The position numbers and the translations under genes were made by a program. The notes below the pieces were generated by a model. That model worked only from the letters and a program-made list of their open reading frames with translations. It made no database searches and was not told the DNA's origin. DNA of 64,000 nucleotides. Origin: an uncultured bacterium (GTDB taxonomy: Bacteria; Verrucomicrobiota; Kiritimatiellia; RFP12; UBA1067). Below, in pieces: positions 1-10,127 of the stretch. How positions within the stretch are numbered: the first letter of the stretch is position 1; every line of letters starts with the position of its first letter. The DNA is taken from positions 508-64,507 of the forward strand of contig CACWIW010000003.1 in NCBI GenBank assembly GCA_902761035.1, given 5' to 3'.

Positions 1-1
1 G

Positions 2-877
2 TGCGTGTTCAACTCAGACATGACGCTCTACTACCTCAAGAGCCTTGTCGAGACGGGCGAACCGCCGGAGAACATGGTGGACGCCAACATCAAGACGGAC
101 TACGACAAGCTCAAGACGATCTCCGACCTCCAGCGCACCGTGTTCAAGATGGAGCCCCTTGAGGCGCTGCCGATGACGGAACAGGCCGTCGCCAAGGGCG
201 GCATCCAGTTCCCGCTCGTGGAGTCGTTCCCCGCCGAGGCGATTGTCAAGCCCGAGAATTTCCGGTCGCTTTTCTTCTACTACGGACTTCTCTCGATGAC
301 CGGTTGGAAGACGGGACGTCCGGTTTTTGGAGTTCCGAACAACTGCGTGGAAAAACAGATCTACGGTTATCTACGTGACCGGTACTTCCCTCCGTCAAAG
401 AGCTTCCTCGACTGGGACGACGCCGCTTTCGCGTTCGCCTACGACGGGAAGTGGCGGGAGTTTTTTGAACTGGTGTCGAAGAACTTCGCCGAGACGACGC
501 CGATACGCGGCGGCATCGACGGCGAGGTGCGCATGCAGGGGTACTTCCAGTGTGAGATGGGGCATCTGCCGCAGTTCATCACGTGCCCGGAGTTGGAGAT
601 GTCGCACGGCAACTGCGACTTCTTCCTCTTCCCGGAGCGTCACTACTACGGCGACGTGCCGCACAGCTACATCGTCGAGTTCAAGTACCTCAAGAAGGGC
701 GCGAAGAAGGCGGAGCTGGAGGCGCAGCGCAAGGAGGGCATCGCGCAGCTGAAGGCATACGCGAAGGACAAGAAAATCCCCGCGCTCGCGAAGGGCACGA
801 CGCTCCACCTCGTCCTCGTCCAGTACCGTGGCCCGAAGATGTGTACCTGCGAACTGGTTGGTGAGAAGAGATACTAA
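2..877 (+). CDS. PD-(D/E)XK nuclease family protein, C-terminal part (PDDEXK_9/DUF1703-like, usually fused to an AAA-ATPase-like N-domain); 5' end lies outside the window
   Basis: The frame is open to the left edge. The C-terminal block GNCDFFLFPER...HSYIVEFKYLKKGAKKAELEAQRKEGIAQLKAYA matches my memory of the D...(D/E)xK core of that family. No search was run. Confidence 0.55.
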   Translation, partial: CVFNSDMTLYYLKSLVETGEPPENMVDANIKTDYDKLKTISDLQRTVFKMEPLEALPMTEQAVAKGGIQFPLVESFPAEAIVKPENFRSLFFYYGLLSMTGWKTGRPVFGVPNNCVEKQIYGYLRDRYFPPSKSFLDWDDAAFAFAYDGKWREFFELVSKNFAETTPIRGGIDGEVRMQGYFQCEMGHLPQFITCPELEMSHGNCDFFLFPERHYYGDVPHSYIVEFKYLKKGAKKAELEAQRKEGIAQLKAYAKDKKIPALAKGTTLHLVLVQYRGPKMCTCELVGEKRY

Positions 878-906
878 GATGTGAACTCGTCTCTTTGCCT
901 TACCCC

Positions 907-936
907 TTGACAGCATGCAATAAAACAATATATAAT
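907..936 (+). promoter_or_regulatory. sigma70-like promoter: TTGACA (907-912), 18-bp spacer, TATAAT (931-936)
   Basis: Both consensus hexamers are read directly from the sequence. They lie in the 57-bp gap upstream of the antitoxin ORF. Confidence 0.5.
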
Positions 937-943
937 GTTCGCC

Positions 944-1243
944 ATGAAAACAACTTTAGACATTCCTGACACGTTGTACCGCGAATTCAAGGCGAGGACG
1001 GCGACGAACGGCGAGAAGATTCGCAGCGCCGTCATCGCGTTCATCGTCGCGTACAATTCGGGGGAATGGGGACGGCCAGCCGTTGAAAAGGCTGCACAGC
1101 ATACGCGTAGGAGGGCAAAACCGCAGCTGCCCGATTGGGCAGGAATCGCCGAACCTTTCATCACGAAGTATCCGGACGATCCTCTTGACGGCGAGAAGAT
1201 GCGCGATGAGATCGTCGCGGCAAAGAGGGCTGGCCGTATATGA
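944..1243 (+). CDS. type II antitoxin, VapB/DUF2191-like
   Basis: The N-terminus MKTTLDIPDTLYREFKARTATNGEKIRSAVIAFI resembles the MRTTLDIDDELL...-type antitoxin fold. Its stop overlaps the start of the downstream PIN-like ORF (ATGA at 1240-1243). The ORF-track ATG at 935 lies inside the -10 box, so the ATG at 944 is preferred. Confidence 0.5.
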   Translation: MKTTLDIPDTLYREFKARTATNGEKIRSAVIAFIVAYNSGEWGRPAVEKAAQHTRRRAKPQLPDWAGIAEPFITKYPDDPLDGEKMRDEIVAAKRAGRI

Positions 1244-1662
1244 CGTATGGATGCGACACGTCTTTCCTGATGCGGATTCTGACGAACCATCCGCAGCCGC
1301 TTGCGGCGAAGGTCATAGCCGAGGCATACAGACGCGTGTTGGATGGACACGTCTTCGAGATTTCCGACTTGACGCTTTCGGAGGCGTATTATTCGCTCCA
1401 GGCGAGCTACGGCGTATCGAAGACCGATGCGCTGATGCTTCTTAAGAGGATTTCAGAGGCGACGGGTTTTGTCGTCAGTGGACATGCCAAAAACACGCTC
1501 GCCCTTCCGAACATCGCGAAAGTGAGTCCTGGGTTCGTGGACAGGCTGATTCACGGCGAGTATTTTGCGGAGGCTCGGACGACGGTTGCATGCGAGAAGT
1601 CGTTCAGGAGACTTCCCCTAGCGGAGGTGTTTACAGTTGACCGTAAGCCGCGTGGACAGTAA
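1240..1662 (+). CDS. PIN-domain toxin, VapC-like
   Basis: 140 aa. There is an acidic residue in the first strand (YGCDTSFLM), then LSEAYYSL and VDRLIHGEYFAEA, then TTVACEKSFRRLP in the position of the usual T-D-x-F motif. It is translationally coupled to the upstream antitoxin. Confidence 0.55.
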   Translation: MTYGCDTSFLMRILTNHPQPLAAKVIAEAYRRVLDGHVFEISDLTLSEAYYSLQASYGVSKTDALMLLKRISEATGFVVSGHAKNTLALPNIAKVSPGFVDRLIHGEYFAEARTTVACEKSFRRLPLAEVFTVDRKPRGQ

Positions 1663-1746
1663 TGTCCGCACATGGAGAAACATGTCCTACGCCCCCATCA
1701 ACGATGCGGTGATTTGGCATACTTATACACGTGAATTGCGGTCTGC

Positions 1747-1768
1747 TGTAATCGGGATGTAATCGGGA
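1747..1768. repeat. 11-bp direct tandem repeat TGTAATCGGGA x2
   Basis: Read directly from the sequence in the vapC-smc spacer. Confidence 0.7.
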
Positions 1769-1828
1769 TTGCGGTTAGGCCGCGATTTTGGTATCATAAT
1801 CGACCTAGCACAAAAAGCGCTTCTGCAG

Positions 1829-4800
1829 ATGTACCTCAAGCAACTGGACATACTCGGCTTCAAGTCCTTCGCGGACCGCACCCGGCTCACGTTCGAGCCG
1901 GGCATGATCGCCATTGTCGGGCCGAACGGCTGCGGCAAGTCGAACGTGTCGGACGCGATCCGCTGGGTGCTGGGCGAACAGCGTCCCACGGCGATCCGCT
2001 GCTCGAAGCTCGTGGACGTGGTGTTCAACGGCACGGACACGCGCAAGCCGCTCGGCCTCGCCGAGGTGTCCATCACCTTCGCCGACTGCGAGAAGGAGCT
2101 CGGCACCGAGTACCACGAGGTCACGGTCACGCGTCGCGTCTACCGTTCCGGCGAGGGCGAGTACTTCCTCAACAAGGTGCGCTGCGGACTGAAGGACATC
2201 AAGCGCCTCTTCATGGGCACGGGCATCGGCACGTCGTCCTACTCCGTGATGGCGCAGGGCCAGATTGACGCGATTCTCTCGTCGAAGCCCGAGGACCGCC
2301 GCGCGGTGTTCGAGGAGGCGGCCGGCATCACGAAGTTCAAGGCCGACCGCAAGGAGGCGATGCGCAAGATCGACCAGACCGAGCAGAACCTCCAGCGCGA
2401 GGCGGACGTCCTGCGCGAGATGAAGCGACAGATCGGGTCCCTCCAGCGTCAGGTGGGCAAGGCCAAGCGCTACAAGGAACTGCACGAGGAGCTGCGCGGG
2501 CTCGACATCTTCCTCTGCAAGGGAAAACTCCAGTATTTCAACCTCGCGCTCGAGGGCAACGCCCAGAAGCAGCGCGAAACGGACCAGTCGATCATCGACC
2601 TCACCGCCGAGGTGAACGCCGCCGAGAGCGGCACGCAGCAGATCCATGCGGACATGCACGCCCTCGAGGAGCGTCTCGGCTCGCTCGCGACGGAGGCGGC
2701 TGCCGCAGACGGCGCCTACTCCCGCGCCCGCGAGGTGATCGGCGTGAACGAGCAGCGCATCGCGGAGTATCGTGCGTGGCGCGACCGCGACGGACGCGAA
2801 ATCGACCTCACCCGCCAGCAGCTCGAGGAAATCGGGATGCAGACGGAGTCGCTCCAGCAGAAGACCGCGTTGCTGGAGGACGGGCTTGCAAGCGCGCGGG
2901 AGGCGCTCGAGGAGGCGGAGGCGACGTTCGGCGAGTCGACTACGAAGATCGACGCGTTGCGTCAGGGCCTGCAGCAGGGGCGGTTCGAGTCCGTCGCCTG
3001 CGACCGCCATGCCACCGAGGTGCGCGACGAGATCGCGCGTCTGGAGAATCAGGCGCGCGAGGTGATTCTCAAGCGCGAACGCCTGACGAGCGAGGAGGCG
3101 CAGCTCCAGGCGAGCGACGCGGAGGCGCAGAAGAATCTGGCGGACGTCGAGGCGCGCCTTGCGTCGGCGAAGGCGGCGGAGACCGAAGCGGCGGAACTGG
3201 CCCGGGCGGCGTCCGAGGCGCTCACGACCCTGCGCGAGGAGATCGCCGAGGCGCGCGACCACTTGGGCGAGATGCAGACAGCCGCCGCCGAGAAGGGCGC
3301 GCAGCTGGAGATGTTGAAGGACGAGACGGCCGCGAAGGCCGTGCTCGAGAACGTGCTGCAGGATGTTTCGGGCGACGTGCGGATCGTCGCCGTGGAGACC
3401 GGGCGCGAAGGCGCGGCGGCCGTTGCGGCCGGTGACCGCCTCGTGGACCATCTGGCGCTTTCGGAGGCGGACCGCGAGACGGCGGACCGTCTGCTCGGCG
3501 ACGTGGTGCTCGTGGACGGCGCGGACGGGAAGTGGACGCCCTCGACGGCGGTTGCCCCGTCGTCCGGACACCGTTCGCCGATCACCGAGGCCGAGAACGA
3601 ACTGGAGGACCTGCGCAACCGCATTGCGCGCGCGAAGGAGACGCTGGAAACCGGCGCGGCGCGCACGATCGCGCTCACGGACGAGTCGCGCGCGGCTGAG
3701 GAACGCCTCACGGCGGCCCGGCGCGGCGCGGCGCAGGCGGAGGGCGAACATGGCACCGTCGCGCGCGACGCGGCGGCCGTGAAGGCGCGCCTCGATGCGG
3801 TGTCGGCGGAGCTGAAGACGCTCGTCGAGGCCAACGCGGGCGATGACGCGCGGCGTGCCGCGCTCGTGCAGGATTTGGAGGAGACACTCGCGAAGCGCGA
3901 TGCGTTGATGGAGCGTACGGCGCAGCAGCAGGACGAGCTGCAGCGCGTGGAGATCGCGCACGCCGAGGAGAGCCGCAAGCTCACCGAACGGCGCATCACG
4001 GCGGCGCAGATGGAGAACGAGCTCCAGCTCACGGCGCAGCAGGGCGCGGACGCCGCGCGCCGGCGTTCGGAGCTGCAGAAGATGATCGAGGGACGCGAGG
4101 CCGGCATCCGCGGGTACGAGGAGTCGATCCAGCGTCTGCAGGACGAGACCGTGGAGCTGATGGGCTCGCTGGACGAGCTGAAGGAGAAGGCGTCCGCCAT
4201 CCACGGCCAGGTGGAGGAGGCGCGGGCGTCGCGCGGCGAGTTGCAGGCCCGCCTGTCGGCGGCCGAGGCGTCCGTGGGCGAGCGCCGTCGGGCGCTCGAC
4301 GAGGCGCGGACGTTCAAGGGCAAGCTCGAGGTCGCCGCCACCGAGGCGTCCATGCGCCGCCAGAACGTGTACGAGCACCTGAGCCAGGAATACGGACTCG
4401 ACGCGCAGGCCGTGTTGCGCGAGCCGGATCCGGACTGGGGGAAGGGCAAGGAGCCGCCGCCGCCGGAGACGCTTGAGGCCCGCGTGAACGAATTGAACGC
4501 GCAGATCGCGGCGCTGGGTCCGCTGAACATGGCGGCCATCGACGATTTCCGCGAGCTGGAGGAACGCTACACGCGCGAGAAGGAGCAGGAGGCCGACCTC
4601 CTCGCCGCGCGCGAAAAGATCCTCGAGCTGATCACGAACCTGAACTCGAAGTCGAGCGAGATGTTCCGCAGCACCTTCGAGCAGGCGAACGAGAACTTCC
4701 AGCGCATGTTCACGAAGCTGTTCAACGGCGGCGAGGCGCGCCTCGTGCTGCTCGAGAACGCCGAGGATCCGCTGGAGTGCGGCATCGACATCATCGCGCG

Positions 4801-5146
4801 TCCGCCCGGAAAGCGTCCGCAGAGCGTCACGCTCCTCTCCGGCGGCGAGCGCACGATGACGGCCGTCGCGCTGCTGTTCGCGATCTTCATGATCAAGCCC
4901 GCGCCGTTCTGCATGCTGGACGAGCTCGACGCGGCCCTCGACGACGCGAACATCGGGCGTTTCGTGGAGGCGCTGAAGGACTTCCTCGACCGCTCGCAGT
5001 TCCTGATTATCACGCACAACCAGCACACCATCGCGGGCAGCGACCTCGTCTACGGCGTGAGCCAGCAGGAGAAGGGCATTTCGCGCATCATCTCGATGCG
5101 CCTGGCGGACATCGGCGTGAAGCCGATGCCGGACGAGAAGGCGTAG
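1829..5146 (+). CDS. smc: chromosome segregation protein SMC
   Basis: The Walker A head FEPGMIAIVGPNGCGKSN follows directly after the ATG at 1829; the TTG at 1769 would add 20 non-conserved aa. There are two long E/A/R/L-rich coiled-coil arms, the signature motif LSGGERTMTAVALLFAI and the Walker B motif FCMLDELDAALD. scpA and scpB lie 2 kb downstream. Confidence 0.95.
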   Translation: MYLKQLDILGFKSFADRTRLTFEPGMIAIVGPNGCGKSNVSDAIRWVLGEQRPTAIRCSKLVDVVFNGTDTRKPLGLAEVSITFADCEKELGTEYHEVTVTRRVYRSGEGEYFLNKVRCGLKDIKRLFMGTGIGTSSYSVMAQGQIDAILSSKPEDRRAVFEEAAGITKFKADRKEAMRKIDQTEQNLQREADVLREMKRQIGSLQRQVGKAKRYKELHEELRGLDIFLCKGKLQYFNLALEGNAQKQRETDQSIIDLTAEVNAAESGTQQIHADMHALEERLGSLATEAAAADGAYSRAREVIGVNEQRIAEYRAWRDRDGREIDLTRQQLEEIGMQTESLQQKTALLEDGLASAREALEEAEATFGESTTKIDALRQGLQQGRFESVACDRHATEVRDEIARLENQAREVILKRERLTSEEAQLQASDAEAQKNLADVEARLASAKAAETEAAELARAASEALTTLREEIAEARDHLGEMQTAAAEKGAQLEMLKDETAAKAVLENVLQDVSGDVRIVAVETGREGAAAVAAGDRLVDHLALSEADRETADRLLGDVVLVDGADGKWTPSTAVAPSSGHRSPITEAENELEDLRNRIARAKETLETGAARTIALTDESRAAEERLTAARRGAAQAEGEHGTVARDAAAVKARLDAVSAELKTLVEANAGDDARRAALVQDLEETLAKRDALMERTAQQQDELQRVEIAHAEESRKLTERRITAAQMENELQLTAQQGADAARRRSELQKMIEGREAGIRGYEESIQRLQDETVELMGSLDELKEKASAIHGQVEEARASRGELQARLSAAEASVGERRRALDEARTFKGKLEVAATEASMRRQNVYEHLSQEYGLDAQAVLREPDPDWGKGKEPPPPETLEARVNELNAQIAALGPLNMAAIDDFRELEERYTREKEQEADLLAAREKILELITNLNSKSSEMFRSTFEQANENFQRMFTKLFNGGEARLVLLENAEDPLECGIDIIARPPGKRPQSVTLLSGGERTMTAVALLFAIFMIKPAPFCMLDELDAALDDANIGRFVEALKDFLDRSQFLIITHNQHTIAGSDLVYGVSQQEKGISRIISMRLADIGVKPMPDEKA

Positions 5147-5203
5147 GTGGGGCGAGGCGTCCCGCCGAGCCGGCTTTCTCAATCTTGACGTGGAGTATTT
5201 TAC

Positions 5204-5961
5204 GTGAACGTAGGCATTGTTGGACTTGGACTGATCGGCGGGTCGTTCGCGCAGGCGGCGACGCGCGCGGGGCATAGCGTCGCCGTGTGGAACCGCACGC
5301 GCGCAACGTCCGAACGGGCGGTCGCTGACGGCTCGGCGGCGACCGTGCTGGAGGAGGACATGACCTCGACGGCGGGCAGCCCCGACCTCTACCTCATCTC
5401 ACTGCCGCCCGACGCCGTCGTGCCGTGGATCGACGCTCACCAGTCCGCGTTCAAGCCCGGCGCCGTGGTGGTTGATGCGACGGGCGTGAAGGGCGCGATC
5501 TGCTCGGCGCTGCGCAAGTACGCCTACGACGACACGCCGTGGACGTTCGTAGGTGGGCATCCGATGGCGGGCAAGGAGGTGGCTGGCTACGCGAACGCGA
5601 CGCCCGACCTATTCTCCGACGCATCGATGATCCTCACTCCGTACCCTTCGTGCGGACGCGGTCCGCTCGACATGCTGGAGGCGTTCTTCAAGGGACTCGG
5701 CTTCGGGCGCGTGGTGTTCACCACGCCCGAGCACCACGACGAGATGATCGCCCTCACGAGCCAGCTCGCGCACGTCGTCTCGTCCGCCTACATCCAGTCT
5801 CCTCCGTGCTCGGCGGCCTCGTTGAGCGTCTGACCGAATTCAAGTCGGCGCTGGACGCGCAGGACGCACCGCGTCTGCGCGACCTGCTTGAGAAGGGCCG
5901 CATGGTGATCGAGTCCATGCCCCCCACATACAAGTCCATTGCGCGGCGCGCTTCTACTTGA
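5204..5961 (+). pseudogene. tyrA: prephenate dehydrogenase with an internal deletion and frameshift
   Basis: The Rossmann motif VGLGLIGGS, the HPMAGKE motif and SQLAHVVSSAY are typical of TyrA. Frame 2 stops at 5833, but the expected C-terminal helices (LVERLTEFKSALDAQDAPRLRDLLEKG) continue in frame 1 to 5961. The G-F-R-D-x-T-R / M-W segment expected between these two parts is absent in every frame. Confidence 0.6.
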
Positions 5962-6016
5962 ATTCGCACCCGAAAAAGGGTAAAATACTCCTTAATTTTT
6001 AGGAGGCATTAGGCTT

Positions 6017-6973
6017 ATGCGTATCTTGACAGGCATTCAGCCATCGGGGAAGTTGCACTGGGGCAACTACTTCGGGGCCATGAAGTCCATGTTCGACCTT
6101 CAGGCGAAGGGCGAGGACATGTTCATGTTCATCGCGAATTTCCACGCCATGACAACGGTGCGGGACGGCGCGGCGCTGCGCGAATCGACGCGCGAAGTGG
6201 CGCTTGACTACCTCGCCTGCGGACTCGACCCCGCGAAGACGATCGTCTACCGCCAGAGCGACGTGCCCGAGGTGCAGGAACTCGCGTGGTACCTCTCGTG
6301 TCTCACGCCGATGGGCCTCCTCGAACGCTGCCACAGCTACAAGGACAAGATGGCGCACGGCTTCGACGCGACGCACGGCCTTTTCGCATATCCCGTCCTC
6401 ATGGCCGCCGACATCCTCATCATGCAGAGCGACCTCGTGCCGGTGGGCAAGGACCAGAAGCAGCACCTCGAGGTGACGCGCGACCTCGCGATCAAATTCA
6501 ACAACGCCTACGGCGAAATCTTCAAGATTCCCGACGCCTACATCCCCGAGACCGTCGCCACCATTCCCGGCACCGACGGACAGAAGATGTCCAAGAGCTA
6601 CCACAACACGATCGAGCTCTTTGACGTCTCCGCCAAGAAGAAGGTGATGGGCATCGTCACGGACTCCAAGACGATGGAGGAGCCGAAGGAGCCGGAAGGC
6701 AACTCCATCTACGAGCTCTACAAGCTCTTCGCCACGCCCGAGGAGGTCGCGCAGATGGCTGCGAGCTTCCGTGCCGGGAACTACGGTTACGGCCACGCGA
6801 AGAAGGCACTCCTCGCGGCGTACCACAGGCTGTTCGACCCGTTCAAGGAACGGCGCGAGGAACTTGCGAAGGATCCCGCCGCGCTCGAGGACATCCTCCA
6901 GGACGGTGCGAAGCGCGCGCGCGCAGCCGCCGCCCCCACGATGGAGAAGGTGCGTCGGGCCGTGGGTCTGTGA
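6017..6973 (+). CDS. trpS: tryptophan--tRNA ligase
   Basis: It has the class I HIGH-type motif QPSGKLHWGNY and the KMSKS motif, and it is 318 aa. AGGAGG lies 10 nt upstream of the ATG. Confidence 0.95.
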   Translation: MRILTGIQPSGKLHWGNYFGAMKSMFDLQAKGEDMFMFIANFHAMTTVRDGAALRESTREVALDYLACGLDPAKTIVYRQSDVPEVQELAWYLSCLTPMGLLERCHSYKDKMAHGFDATHGLFAYPVLMAADILIMQSDLVPVGKDQKQHLEVTRDLAIKFNNAYGEIFKIPDAYIPETVATIPGTDGQKMSKSYHNTIELFDVSAKKKVMGIVTDSKTMEEPKEPEGNSIYELYKLFATPEEVAQMAASFRAGNYGYGHAKKALLAAYHRLFDPFKERREELAKDPAALEDILQDGAKRARAAAAPTMEKVRRAVGL

Positions 6974-6975
6974 AG

Positions 6976-7015
6976 AGTTGGGGAGTTTGCAAGTTGGCAA
7001 GTTAAACAGTTGAAA
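6976..7015. repeat. 8-bp phased tandem repeat AGTTnnnn x5
   Basis: AGTT occurs at 6976, 6984, 6992, 7000 and 7008. The array fills most of the trpS-scpA spacer. Confidence 0.8.
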
Positions 7016-7030
7016 ACCATTTAACTGACG

Positions 7031-7823
7031 ATGGCACAAGCGGAACTATTTGCAGAAGACTACAAGGTGAACCTCGAGATTTTCGAGGGGCCCCTTGATC
7101 TGCTTCTGTATCTCATCCGCCGCGAGGAGCTGGAGATCTACGACATCCCGATCGGACGCATCACCGAGCAGTACATGCAGTACCTCGACCTCATGCGCCA
7201 GCTCAACCTCGACGTGGCGGGCGAGTTCATCGTGATGGCCGCCACGCTCATGGTGATCAAGAGCCGCATGATGCTGCCCGTCGACCGCCGCCAGGCCGAG
7301 GAGGGGGCGGACGAAGAGTGGGTGGACCCGCGCCTCGACCTCGTGCGCCAGCTGATCGAGTACAAGAAATTCAAGGACGCCGCCGGCAAACTCGCAGAGT
7401 ACGAGGCGCTCACGCAGGAGTCGTTCGACTACGGCGGCGGAAGGCCCAAGTTCGAGAAGACTGCGGCGGACGCCGCGGACGCGCTCGCGAGCATCGACAT
7501 GTTCGACCTCCTCACCGCGTTCCAGGAGGTGCTCGCGCGTCTCAACGAGGTTCCGCAGGAGGAGCTGAAGGGCATGCGCTGGAGCGTGCCCGACAAGATG
7601 GACATGATCCTCGAGCGTTCGCGTTCGGAGGGGCAAATCTCGTTTTCAACCCTGTTTACGGCGCGTTCGCCGCGCGGCGAAGTGATCGTGACGTTCCTCG
7701 CCCTGCTCGAACTTCTTCGCCAACACCGCGTGATCGTCTACCAGAACGACGCTTTCCACGAAATCACGGTTCTCCCCTCAAAGGAGATGCCGGACGACAA
7801 ACCACTTGAGGCACCCGACGACT

Positions 7824-7834
<11 letters not shown>
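7031..7834 (+). CDS. scpA: segregation and condensation protein A (kleisin)
   Basis: The N-terminal motif FEGPLDLLLYLIRREELEIYDIPIGRITEQYMQYL is present, the length is 267 aa, and scpB is adjacent. Confidence 0.9.
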
Positions 7835-9021
<1,187 letters not shown>

Positions 9022-9035
<14 letters not shown>

Positions 9036-10125
9036 GTATTCCACAGGAATCGTGGCAACGTTGACCGCCGCGTTCCTCTGCGGTCTGTGCGGCTGCGGAC
9101 AGCCGACGGACGTTCCCAACAACTCCAGCGTGCGTGCCAACGCGATGGAGGACTTCCAGGCCGGACGCATAGACGCCGCGATCGCGGGCTTCAAGCACGT
9201 CCTCAAGAGCGACCCCAAAGACTATCTCGCGCATTTCCAGCTGGCGACGCTCCTGCAGGAACAGCGCAAGGACTACCAGGGCGCGCTTGTCCATTTCAGC
9301 CTCTATCTCGACATGCGGCCGGCGGAGGATAAGACGACCCTCGCCGCAGACAGGATTGAGGAATGCAAGAGCATGATGCTTGCAGAGCACGCGCGGAAGA
9401 GCGGGATTACGCCGCCGCGCAAGGTCGATCCCGCCGACGGAGAGAAGAAACTCAGTGCGGACAACTCCCGCCTGTCCGCAGAGGTTGCCCGCCTCCAGAA
9501 GGAGAACAAGAATCTGCGTTACCTTCTCTCGGGCGTCGGCACATCCGGGAAGGGGCGAGCGGCCAACCTGAACGCGGAGGCGAAGAAGCTGCTGGCAGAC
9601 CTGCATGTGCCTGATGAGGAGGAGCAGCGCCGCCGTCCGCTGATTCCGACGGACAAGGAACTCCTGGAAGACGACGGCGAAGATCGTCCGCTTGTCTCCT
9701 CTCCGGCTGTGAAGAGCCAGATTTCCAAGGTGAAGCGCGAAGAGGCGGGTGGGCAATCCCGTCCATCGGCCATCAAGAAGCCGGTTATCCCGGCCGACGA
9801 GATGTCGGGCCCCGTGCAGCCGCCGCCAATCAAGAAGCCGCCGCTTATCGTAGATCGTTCGGCCGAGCAAGACCCGAAGCCGGCGGCTCCTGCTGCCGGT
9901 GCCGCGCGCAGCGGCGGCCTGAACGGCCTGTTGGGCGGCATAAAGAAGCCTGAAAGCCCGTCCCGTCCCGACACCTACGTAGTCCAACCCGGCGACACGC
10001 TCATGACAATCGCCTCGCGCTTCTACGGTTCGCGCAGCAAGTGGCGCGACATCCGCGAGGCGAACAAGGCCACGATTCCCCTCAACGGCAGCGTGAGGGC
10101 AGGACAGACCATCAAACTTCCCTGA
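9022..10125 (+). CDS. LysM-domain lipoprotein with TPR-like and coiled-coil regions
   Basis: The signal and lipobox are VATLTAAFLCGLCGCG. There is a leucine-zipper-like stretch NSRLSAEVARLQKENKNLRYLL, then a Pro-rich linker. The C-terminal LysM is YVVQPGDTLMTIASRFYGSRSKWRDIREANK...GQTIKLP. GGAGG lies 6 nt before the ATG at 9022. Confidence 0.75.
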
Positions 10126-10127
10126 CC

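Noticed and set aside
1805-5275. A 1156-aa ORF on the minus strand covers the whole of smc.
   Set aside because: It is the mirror frame of a GC-rich, GAG/GCG/CGC-codon coiled-coil gene. Its translation is Arg/Leu/His-rich low-complexity sequence with no motifs. The plus-strand product has complete SMC head motifs.
5962-6016. A T-box or attenuator leader upstream of trpS was considered, and likewise upstream of lysS.
   Set aside because: The spacer is only 55 nt and has no specifier or antiterminator-like structure. It contains just an AT-rich stretch and AGGAGG.
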